A DNA stretch of 64,000 nt from Blepharisma stoltei ATCC 30299 (lineage: Eukaryota > Protista > Ciliophora), in assembly GCA_965603825.1 (NCBI GenBank), contig CBFDEM010000033.1:310001-374000 (forward strand), read 5' to 3'. Shown one piece after another: positions 11,358 to 21,764 of the stretch. Position 1 is the first letter of the stretch; each line of letters opens with the position of its first letter. The notes below the pieces were generated by a model. The model did not search any database and was not told the DNA's origin. It saw only the letters and a program-made list of their open reading frames with translations. The position numbers and the translations under genes were made by a program.

Positions 11358-11989
11358 ATGAGGCAGAAGTTGGCAATCAAAGCGCGAACCATTAAAACTC
11401 GTGACTCCAAGCTAAGCCTTATGAAGGTTAAGAAGGCGATTTCACGATTTATCTCCAAGACAGAAAAAATAGTTCAATCAGTTCAGCCAAATGCGCAGAT
11501 TGTCTCGAATGCCCAAAAGAAGAAGATAAAATACCCCAAGAAAAAAAGGCCACAGATGTATGGTATTGATGAATTGATGATTTCCAAGCAGAATGTGGAC
11601 ACGTCGAATTGGACTAGTCAGGTCAATATTTCTGTCCCACAAGTAAGAGGTAAGTGTCATTTTAGTTAGAAATCAAACTTTCAGAGATACCTGATGATCA
11701 ATCAGTAGAGATGACCGATGACGAAATCTATGAAGCTGCTCACTTGATTAGGGAAAAAATAGAAGTCTTGGTTAGATCTCGCTTTGAAATTAGGAAAGTA
11801 AAGTCTGGCTCTCGGTCTACAGCTGGAATCCATTTGAATGGGAAAACTCAGGAAAATTTTCAACAGGCGCTAGAGAGGCTTGAGGATATGCTGCCTATGG
11901 AAATTTCTCAGGAATATGCCCTTGAAGGAATTGATTGCTTGCCTTGGCCGTCTCAAGAAGAGGGACCTTTAGAAATTAAGCTTGACTAG
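11358..11989 (+). CDS. PEHE-domain protein (MSL1/KANSL1-like C-terminus), about 203 aa; needs a 20-nt intron 11650-11669
   Basis: Spliced product YGIDELMI..ISVPQVREIK..EMTDDEIYEAAHLIREKIE resembles KANSL1 FDINNIVIP..ILTPSWREV..EDLSDAAFAALHAKCEEME (recalled). Confidence 0.55.
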
Positions 11990-12357
11990 TTAAAGAAACA
12001 TTGGTGGTTCGAATTCCTTTAGTTATATAAGAGTAAGATTATATTCTCGTTTCTCAATTTCATCTAATGATAAATTTTTGCTAAGTCTCATATTTCCTTT
12101 CAACTCTTTTAGTAATTCTTACCTTGAGGTCTCGGATCTTAGGAATAAAATAAATACAAGAATGCAAGCTATTTAAAATTTTCCTCCTCAAATTTTCCAA
12201 TTTCATTTTAAAAAGTTCCTGTTTAAGTTAGCATTGGCTCTTTTATATTACTGACAATCTCGATAAATAGATTTTAGCAGATATAGCTTTTGATTCAATA
12301 GCCTTTGGAATCTTGCATGGTATTTGAATAAAGCAATCTGTAAGTCTCATATATAAA

Positions 12358-12612
12358 ATGGAAGAGAACAGTGAAAACTCAATGATACAACTTAGACGTG
12401 TATCATCTGAAGCTGTCACAATTTTGACTGTAAATGATATGAAAAGCACTTTTGGATATGAAGAAATATCTGTTCAACTCACTAGTTGTAGAGCGTCTAT
12501 GGCAAAATCACAGATAACTGAAGACAGTACTCAAATTTCAGCTTTGTGCGATAAAAATGATCCTTCTAGTGATAGAGCACAAAATAGTTGCCGTGCTTGT
12601 TACCTCTTTTAA
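12358..12612 (+). CDS. Small hypothetical protein ending in CaaX-like CYLF
   Basis: 84-aa ORF flanked by AT-rich spacers; ends SCRACYLF-TAA. Confidence 0.5.
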   Translation: MEENSENSMIQLRRVSSEAVTILTVNDMKSTFGYEEISVQLTSCRASMAKSQITEDSTQISALCDKNDPSSDRAQNSCRACYLF

Positions 12613-12812
12613 ATGTTTTTATTTTATAATTTATTTGCTGATTCAATCCTTTTAATGTCAAATTCAATTTTTAGTATAATTTCTCAGTGAACTAACCTCT
12701 ATAATAATTAGTTTTAAGCCTTTTCAGTATAAAATAGACTACCGCTACTAATAAGTCATTAAGATAAGAGAATTATTCATCAAGAAATAATATATTTTTC
12801 AAATCTTTAAGT

Positions 12813-15434
12813 TTATCCACAATTTAATATATTTAATTTATAATATTTGCTTGTTGGATTTCTAAGGCATAAGCTATTACACATTTTTGCTAACTCTTCA
12901 AAATTTTTGGAGCTCATCTGTGCAATTAATTTTTGATAAAGTTCTGGAAGATAATGTGCATCTGTTCTAGCATATTCCATCATAGGCTGAGGCAACGGTC
13001 TTATTCTCCAATCTGCCACTTGAAAAGTTTTATCTGCTTTTACATTCAAATAAACATATAGCAGAATTGCTAAGGAAGGAGGATCAGCGTCACCTTTAAT
13101 AATCCTGTATGCTCTAGCTGTATCAAAAACATTGATAGCATACGCTAGAAAATCATTCTGAAGCCACATTAAATCAGAATCTGCACCATGAAGGACTTTA
13201 ACTTTTCCTGGGTCTCTCATCAAAACTTTCAAATATTCCCCTACGTTTTTTCTATTTATAAGAGGGTCCACTACAAAATCTTTGGCTCCGCTTGATATTT
13301 GAACTAAAGAAATGCAGCCTTTTCTATATGCAAACGTGAAATATTCAAGATCAATTCCAATAACTTTTATTTCTTGCAAATATTCTTTCATTCTTTCAAG
13401 CTTTTCAACAGTATCAACCCATATAAGTTCTGTGCTGGGTATATCTTTAAGCTCTATATTGATATCAAAGTATTCGGTTGGCATTTCGATGTTTGCATAT
13501 GGGTGAATAGGGATTTCTTCATCAGTTTCTTCGTATTCAATGCTTTTTATGTGTGTAATGATTTCTCTGTTGGAGACTTGTGAATAGAGGTCTTTTAAAA
13601 GTTCGGTAAAATAGTGGAATTTGTGGATTTCTGCAATAATCATTGCAGAAAGCCCCTGAGTGTCAAGCAAGTTGATGTATTCACAAGGGTTGGGAGCAGA
13701 GCTTATTAAGGCAGCTGCCAAATTGCAAAAGCCATGCTCTGCAGCTAAATGAAGGGCAGTTCTCCCTGTGAGAGGGTTAAGTTTTTGCAGAAGTTTTGGG
13801 TAGTGTTTTATCATATCTATTGCAATTTCTTCTTTTCCTTTAATAATTGCTGTATGTAAAGCTTTCAAGGATGGCTTTACTTTAGCCAAAATTTTTGAAA
13901 CATCAAATTCATACTCCAATCCAAGTTCCAAAATTTCTTTTGGAAGTGTTCCTTTTCATTTTTCCAAGGCCATTTTAATAATCTTCTCATTTCTCTTAAA
14001 AGCTGTTTTTAATTCTTCAAGACTCAAACTTTCAATATTTTCCAGCATCCACATAGCACAATTATCATTCCCTTCCAATAAACAATATTCAACCATCCCT
14101 TGCCATTTTCCATAATAATCAATAAGCATCCCAAGACTTATTTGGCTTCCATATTTCATGCAATATTCAACCTCTTTTTGAGAGCAATCTATTTTAAACT
14201 CCAACAAAAAAGCAACACACTCATCTTGTCCGAATTGAATTGACACTTCTAAGCCACTCCTTCCTCCTTTGCTTTTCTGATTTGGATCAACTCCATTTTG
14301 AATTAAAATTTCAGCACACTCAATGTTTCCTCTTGCTAAAGCTTGGTGCAAAGGTGAGTATCCATCTTTGCTTTCATGAAATTTATCTGCACCACACTCT
14401 ATTAATAACTTTAATGAATCCAATGCATAAGTGGAGCAGGCTATACAAATTGGGGTATTTCCAGCATTGTCTTCGACTTCAATATTAGCTCCAGCTTCAA
14501 TCAAAAGCTTAGCGCATTCAGGACTATCACCTTCTGTTTCTGCCATCTTTTTCCCTGACCTACCTCCAGCAGGTCCCCAGATCGCATTATGCAGTGCAGT
14601 TCTTCCTTTAGAATCAGGAATGTCTACATCAATACTAGGAACTTTAAGAAGCCTTTTTAAGACGTCTAAATTCCCATTTCATGCTGCTTTGCTTAAACAA
14701 GTTCTGCCTAGTCTGGTTTGAATATTAGGATCACAGTTCTTTTCTAAAAGTTTATCAATGTACTCAATTTTTCCTAGACTTGCTGTCCAATATAATAAGC
14801 TTCTTTTTTGGTCTTCAATATGGTTAATATTAGCACCGTTTGCAATTAGATATTCAACTATCTCTTTATGATCATTTTGAATTGCATAGAAAATAGGAGT
14901 AAGTCCTTCATCATCTTTTGTTTCAATACTGGCCCCTTTTTGTAACAGTTTCACTAAGATCTCAAAATTTCCAGTTTCACATGCAATATGGATAGGCCTT
15001 GGACCTGATTCACTTTCTTTGGCATTAACGTCAATCAGATCTAGAAGCATTTCGAACTTCGAATAGTCACCTTCTCTAATAGCTTTTATTAAACGATTGT
15101 CGATTACATTGCTATGCTTTAAATAGTATTCGTGTTTTTCATCTGGAAAGGTGGAAAATACTTGGTTAAACCACCTACACAAATGTTCTGGTTTTTTAGT
15201 CCCACATAGAACTTTGGTGAACGTTGGGATTTGTTTGAGTTTATTGACAAGATAAAGATCCTCAGGGAATATTTCATCACCAATTAAGTATGTGCGAGTT
15301 GAGAGATATTCTTGGAGGATTCTGTAATATTGATGAGGCTCAATTGGGTCTATTGAATCTATAAACCTTGCCCAATCTCAGAAAATGGGCCGATTATTTT
15401 TTAGCTTCACTAATGAATCTTCAAGCCAGCCCAT
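12813..15434 (-). CDS. GST_C-like + ankyrin-repeat + Rrp6-type DEDDy 3'-5' exonuclease fusion, 873 aa
   Basis: Single frame through TGAs at 15378, 14679 and 13956. YLSTRTYLIGDEI..HLCRWFNQV (GST_C-like); about 10 or more ankyrin repeats; IGIDLE, KVLHGADSDLMWLQNDF, DWRIRPLP, YARTDAHYL. Confidence 0.85.
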
Positions 15435-15523
15435 TTAATATATTTAAAACAGTGTATTTTTTTTATCGGATTAGAAATAAATTAATAAAGGTCTTTTATT
15501 AAATTTATTAATCAAAAATCATT

Positions 15524-16822
15524 ATGAAATTAGTCAGGTATTTTGGATCTCTATCTTCCACAAAAGCTTTTATGTATAGCCCGCCTCCTGTTCCTCCTCC
15601 ACCTAAAAAATCTTATAAAATCCCATCCCCTCACCCAATTAGAATGAATGAAAAGAAAGCTGAAGTTGTTTCCTATCGAATCCCCAATCGTCCATTGACC
15701 GAGGTATATGAAGTTCCACTCGAAGCTAGAATTGCTTTATTTCCTTACTTTGAGGCCCCAGAAGACTCAAAATCTATAGAAATCGCGGTTGTTGGAGCTC
15801 CAAATGCAGGCAAATCAACACTTATCAATAAAATCCTTGGAGCTGAGATTTTTGCGACATCTAGAAAAGTAAACACAACAATAGATGCAAAGGAAGGGAT
15901 TAAAACAATAGATAACGTTCAGATGGTATTTCATGACACTCCAGGAATTATTAGCACCCATGGGATCAGAACAAATAGGATTTCAACCCTCGGCTGGGAT
16001 TCAGTCTCTTCATCAGACTTGACTCTGTTTTTAGTCGATGCTGTAAAGGTGCTGCGTGATGATGTAAAAGCAGCTGCTTCAAGACTGCAAAGATTGCTAG
16101 AAAAAAGATCAGAAGATATTGATATACCAGAGCTGAGATTGATAGATGAATCAGAAGATGCCTATCAAGAAAGAAAAAGTCAGATACTGAAAACCATTCC
16201 AGCTTATTTGGTTTTCACTAAAGTTGACTTAGTTCAAGATAGAAGAAGAGTGAAATATATAGAAAATGAACTTCATGAGTATGCGAGATTTGACAAAACA
16301 TTTTATATTTCAACTAAGGAAAATTATAATGTTGGCACACTTGTTAAAGATATTATGGAGTCTGCAGAGCCAGGAGACTGAACTTATCATCCAATGCAGC
16401 TGACAACACTTTCTGATATTGATAAAGTAAATCAATTATTCAGAACAGAAATGCTTGAGATGTATCATGACAGGCTACCTTATATTTGGTACACAAGAGT
16501 AGTAGGCTGGACTCCATACCTTGATGGCACTTTAAGGATAGATACAGAACTCATGGTCCATAGCAATATTCAAGTTGGAATGGCTGTTGGAAAGGCAGCT
16601 AGATGTATCAAAAAGCTGCATTTCAATGTAAAATGCAGACTTGAAAAGCTATACCAGCGACCCATTTTTCTAACCATAAAAGTCAAAAAGATGAAAGAGT
16701 ATGTTAGCTGGGCCATAAGACACAATAGAGAAGTGAACCTTCTGCATCCGAAATTGCAAATCTCTGATGAAATTTCAAAGAAGACTATAAAATTCTTAGA
16801 AGATCCAAACAAAGAAGACTAG
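15524..16822 (+). CDS. ERAL1: Era-family GTPase (mitochondrial ERAL1-like) with KH domain
   Basis: GAPNAGKST, DTPG, TKVD; EPGD-W(TGA 16379)-TY linker; C-terminal KH-like region VGMAVGK. Confidence 0.8.
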
Positions 16823-16978
16823 AAAACAATAAAAAATGGTTAATTTAAGGATTTTTGATTAAATTTATGAAATAATGAGATAAAAGAACTCTAACGAAAT
16901 CAAAATAATCTTTTTGATATATACTTTACATTATCAAGATTTTACAAATAAAATTCTTTTTCTTTAAAATCAATTTAA

Positions 16979-18115
16979 ATGCAAGTTAAATCCCCTCTAA
17001 AATTAAATTTAAAAATGGTATCGAAAAGAAATTATGAATCCCTCCCTACCAGCAACCTCAAAAAGCGACTACCAGCTTTTCAAGCCATAGCACAAGATGA
17101 ACCCCAGATAAGCCAAGAATCGACTAGAAACATATTTGTTTCAGGAATCGACCCATGGATTGTTCTTTCTGATATTCAAAGAATATTCGAAAAATTTGGA
17201 GATCTCCATGTCTTCGATACCCATCATTTGGCGTTTTCCGAAGTGATAGTATCTTATTATGACATTAGAGATGCTCGCCACGCCTTCGTATCCCTATCCC
17301 AAATCTACTTCGTTAAATATCTTCCCGACCCTTTGGAAGTTGAGTATATTGATTTTGTTGTGTTGAGTGACCCATTAGATAACAACCCAAACCTGATTTT
17401 CAAAGCACTAGGGCAAGAATCAATGCAAATAATGCGCATTGATTCATATTGAATTGTCAAATATTATGATAGAAGAAGAGTTTGGCTTGTTCAATCCTCA
17501 TTGCTTCATGAAGATGTGAAAATCAAATATGAAAAAATATGACCGTCTGATCTAAAATTCGAAGAAAAAGGCCATCCAGACCCTTGCGACACTAATCCTA
17601 TTGAAAAGGAGCCATTAGCATTAATTGATCTTAATGCAAACATGAATTCTATAGGCCCTCAAATAATCCCTAAAAGACATTCCGTTGTTCCCAAAAAGAA
17701 AATTGAAGGTGAAGACAAAGGAAATTATGTGATTTCGCTAGAATTAGTTCTCTCAAATGTTGATCGTAGGACAACGATTATGATAAAAAATATTCCAAAT
17801 AAATACACTCAAGCGATGCTTATTCAATCAATTGACTTACGTCATGCTGGGAGTTATGATTTCTTATATCTTCCAATTGATTTTAAAAACAAATGCAACG
17901 TCGGCTATTCTTTTATCAATTTTATTGATCATAGATTCATTCCTGCGTTCTATCAAGAATTTGATGGGAAGACTTGGGAAAGGTTTAACAGTAATAAAAT
18001 TTGTGCTTTGAGCTACGCAAGAATACAAGGTAGGGCTGCTTTGGAAAAGCATTTCCAAAGTTCAAGCATAATGGTACAAAACGATACCAGTATGAAACCT
18101 CTGATTCTTTCTTAA
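16979..18115 (+). CDS. Mei2-like RRM protein
   Basis: Joined through TGAs at 17450 and 17540. C-terminal RRM RRTTIMIKNIPNKYTQ..YDFLYLPIDFKNKCNVGYSFINF..YARIQG is the Mei2 RRM3 signature; N-terminal RRM has YYDIRDA. Confidence 0.85.
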
Positions 18116-18720
18116 AGAAAAGATATAATAATTTAAGTGGTTAATTTATATCTCACAATTTTCGTCTTTTTAATTTGAATATTTGAAATTAAGTGAAAGA
18201 GGCGGGATCTAAATTAATAATAAGATTAAAGCCATCAAATTTATACTAGATTCAATTGAATTAACGACTCTTTCGTTCAATTCATTACCTCAAAAAGTTC
18301 CCCTCATTCTTCATGCACAACCAGTACATCTCTTGCTTCTAATAAGATTTGTACTTAAAATTTTATATTACTTATAAAAAGTTTTTAAATGTTTTGAAAT
18401 AAAAGGTAGCCATTCGAAATTATATTATAAATAATTTTACCAATTTAAAATTAGAAAAAAGTTATATATTACAATCGAGCTGAGCTCGGTAAATTATATA
18501 AAATTAAATTTTGATTTCTCCTCAATAAATCTTAATAATAGATTTATAGATATAACTTATTTTTAGTAGGGAGTGGTCAGCTAATTTAATCATTTTGTCA
18601 AATACATTCTAAATTTTCGTTCATTTTATGAAAATTTATGCTTATATATCCTTCAAAGAGTATAAAAATAAGATATCTTAAAATTTAAATTTTAGGAGAC
18701 ACATAAAAAATCAGCGTAAT

Positions 18721-19741
18721 ATGGAAATGCCTATCACTCTATCTCTGCCATCTGGAAGCGTTTTGATTTCAGGAAGCTTATCACATATCCCTGACTACTC
18801 TTTTCGATTAATTTCTAGATCTCAAGAGCTTTTAGCCTATGAACGAGGGTATAAATTATCCAATTTTTCAATACCCTCCCAGAGAGATTTGAAACAGCAA
18901 TTCAGGGTGAGCTCTATTGCAGATCCTCGATGAATTTATGAATCATCCATTTTACGCAGAGTCGTTTGTTAATGAAAATTCACAGCTAAATAGATATTCA
19001 GACGTCCCCACATGTAATTTTTACATAGACAGACAAACTCAAGTTCCATTGCTCTCAGGCAGCGGATTTATAAACGCAAATTATATCAATGTAATTAATA
19101 TTAAGGGTGCTGAAACACCAGCCGATGATAAATTATTCATCGCCACCCAAGGCCCATTACCAAACACAATTAATGATTTTTGAAAAATGGTTTGGCAAGA
19201 AAATTCTTCGAGCATTTTTATGCTAGTTAATGAGAATGAATGCGAATGTGTAATTTTAATACAGGGAAGATGCGAAATATACTGGCCTAAGCAATGAGAA
19301 ACGCTACAAGCTGATAATATTACTATAAATTGTATTGCAAGAACCAAATATCCAGGATATATTGTTTCTGATTTAAGGATTCAAATGAACGAAAGTGAAA
19401 TAAGACCAGTCAGGCATTATTTGTTTACTGATTGACCTGACAGAGGAATTCCAGGTGATACAAATTCGTTCAATGAGCTATTAAAACAATTAGATATCGA
19501 AAAACCTGTGAGGACTGGGCCAATTGTTGTCCACTGTAGCGCTGGAGTAGGAAGAACAGGAACTTTCATTGCTTTGGATTGTTTGAAGAAAATTATAGAC
19601 AGCCAGAAAACGCAAAATGTTGACCTTGGGGTGTCTGTTTTTTCAGTAGTTCGACGACTAAGAGAGCAGCGAATATTGATGGTGCAAACTGATCTCCAAT
19701 ACGGTTGGCTCTATAGATTTGTCCAGAGATGGCTATCATAA
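18721..19741 (+). CDS. Classical protein tyrosine phosphatase, 319 aa, four tiny introns
   Basis: NRYSDVPTY, FINANYI, FIATQGPL, DF-W(TGA)-KMVW, W(TGA 19433)PD loop, VHCSAGVGRTG, MVQTDLQY. Confidence 0.9.
18907..18922 (+). other. 16-nt intron GTGAGCTCTATTGCAG
   Basis: Restores the frame between PTP ORF pieces; A at position 10. Confidence 0.8.
19014..19028 (+). other. 15-nt intron GTAATTTTTACATAG (in frame, stop-free)
   Basis: Removal restores the NRYxDVxxYxxTxVxL motif. Confidence 0.8.
19091..19105 (+). other. 15-nt intron GTAATTAATATTAAG (in frame, stop-free)
   Basis: Removal gives NANYING; matches the intron consensus. Confidence 0.75.
19250..19264 (+). other. 15-nt intron GTAATTTTAATACAG (in frame, stop-free)
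   Basis: Removal gives ECGRCEIYWP; matches the intron consensus. Confidence 0.7.
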
Positions 19742-19766
19742 TTTCATTTAGATAAGTATTTTTAAA

Positions 19767-20498
19767 ATGGAAGCTACTCAAGCTCTAAACTCTGCCATTA
19801 ATAGCAAGTTTTCCGAATTCCAGCAGGCAGCTTACGATGAAATGAATCAGTTTTTTGAAAAGCACAAAGAAGTCAATCAAGGAATTTTCTTGGGTGAAAA
19901 AAGAGCGCTTCAAGAAAAAATTGAATCCCAAAGATCAGAAATCAACCAACTTAAAGCAACGATTGAGCATTATAAAAACGAAAAATTAAAATCCAAATTT
20001 CGTGCTTATCTTGTTTGTGAGAACGTATATGGGAAAAGAGTAAAGAAAAATGTGATGGATGCTTGGAAAGAATTTTTAGTTAACAGTTTAAAGAAGAAAA
20101 AGATGAACGAGTATTTGGCCACCTTTTATAAGCGTGGGCTCCTTAAAAGATCTTGCAGAGGATGGAAAAATGAGCTACTGGCAAATAAGAAGAAAGATAT
20201 AGATCAAGCAAGTGAAAGAAAAATCAGGGAAGCTGTTGAAAAAGCAATCCAAAGTAGAAACCAAGAACTTGAAATTTTAAGAAAGATGGTAGCTGAAATA
20301 TCTGAAGACCTAAGAAATGAAAATCTCGCAAAAAACCATCTCCAGTATCAGTGCGATCAAGCATTATTAAGAAGTATGTCTGCATTGCATCTTGAAAATA
20401 TGACAATCAGACAAGTGTCTCTTGAGCACAATAAAGCCTTATCTCAAACTAGCAGAAATTTAATATTCACTCAAGATAAATCAGCAATACCCAAATAA
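19767..20498 (+). CDS. POC5: POC5-like centriolar/basal-body centrin-binding protein
   Basis: Sfi1-like W repeats (VMDAWK, CRGWK) and ALLRSMSALHLENMTI (cf. POC5 AFMRGVCALNLEAMTI, recalled). Confidence 0.65.
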   Translation: MEATQALNSAINSKFSEFQQAAYDEMNQFFEKHKEVNQGIFLGEKRALQEKIESQRSEINQLKATIEHYKNEKLKSKFRAYLVCENVYGKRVKKNVMDAWKEFLVNSLKKKKMNEYLATFYKRGLLKRSCRGWKNELLANKKKDIDQASERKIREAVEKAIQSRNQELEILRKMVAEISEDLRNENLAKNHLQYQCDQALLRSMSALHLENMTIRQVSLEHNKALSQTSRNLIFTQDKSAIPK

Positions 20499-20924
20499 TT
20501 TTAGATCCTACTATTTAACTAGAAATTATAATTTAGTTATCATACTAAAATCAGTTTCTGCTTTAAATAATAGAACTTGAAGGGTTTTGAAATTGAATAA
20601 AATTTTCAAAGATGTAAATTATTCATTATTAATTTTCAAGCGTATTTAAAATAATTCAAAAATTCTTTTAAATTCATAAAATTATTATATTCGAAAAAAT
20701 TATGCTTTATAAAAAAACTATTCATTTAATTACTATTCATAAATGTGGATTTTTCTTTATAAAAGACTTAACTCACTGGTTTAACAACACTTAATAAATA
20801 CTTATTTATGTATAATGCATTTATAATCAGTTACAAAAATCTGATAGACTGTCCAGCAAGTCGATATCTTTATTGGATAGCTCTGAAAGATATTAATAGA
20901 TAATTATAAAAGAATTTTAAGACA

Positions 20925-21683
20925 ATGGCAGAGCCTAGCAAAAAATTAAAGAATCCAACGCTGAATTCCCCTTTATTTTCAATAATCCCATCTCCCACAA
21001 GCAAACTCCTAAGCCCAAAAACTCTAACAAAACTGATAAAGCCCCTTCATCGTCGTACCCAATCAGACTTCATTAATCCTTATCTAGATCGTCGAGATCT
21101 AAAGAGTTTAAAGGCTTCCAACAAATTATTAACACGGCAAAACAGCCCTCAAGAGACAAAAAACACACCGCAAGTCCCCAAAAAATCCAGGCTAACCTCT
21201 ACAGTAAAACCAAAAGCTCAAATAAAAACCAACAAAATCGTTAAGACTTCTAAACCAGCGAATAAGCCTGCTACCAAGCTCACAGAACTTCAGGGAGAGC
21301 CTGTATTTAAAGCACCTAAATTATATGCCAACCAATTTTTTACTGATGTCTACGACATTGATGGAAATCATGACAGAATTTTTGATATTGAGGACTCAAT
21401 AGAGATTTATCACGAAGTTGGAGGAGATAAAAGAACCTCTGAGCCTTGCGTGATCTTTAATATTTCAACTCTTGAAAAAGCCAAGCAGTTGCCTAAAGTC
21501 CCATTCAGGGCACCTGAAAATAGCTATGCAGAGGAATCTAGAGAAATGCCTGAAAAATTGCCAAATAGGGGTTCCATTGGAGACCAACTGAGGTTCAAAC
21601 TTGATAAAATGCTAAAAGACCAGGATCAAGACTCTCAGAGTGAGGAAACCACAAGTGTAAGTGGAGGCAAATCAAGGGTGTAA
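20925..21683 (+). CDS. Hypothetical low-complexity (K/P/S/T-rich) protein
   Basis: 252-aa ORF, ATG..TAA. Confidence 0.65.
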   Translation: MAEPSKKLKNPTLNSPLFSIIPSPTSKLLSPKTLTKLIKPLHRRTQSDFINPYLDRRDLKSLKASNKLLTRQNSPQETKNTPQVPKKSRLTSTVKPKAQIKTNKIVKTSKPANKPATKLTELQGEPVFKAPKLYANQFFTDVYDIDGNHDRIFDIEDSIEIYHEVGGDKRTSEPCVIFNISTLEKAKQLPKVPFRAPENSYAEESREMPEKLPNRGSIGDQLRFKLDKMLKDQDQDSQSEETTSVSGGKSRV

Positions 21684-21764
21684 GCATATATAAAAAATAA
21701 ATAAGGTCGATTTTGTAAGATTACTATATATTATGATCTGTTAATTGTGTTTATAAAATATATA

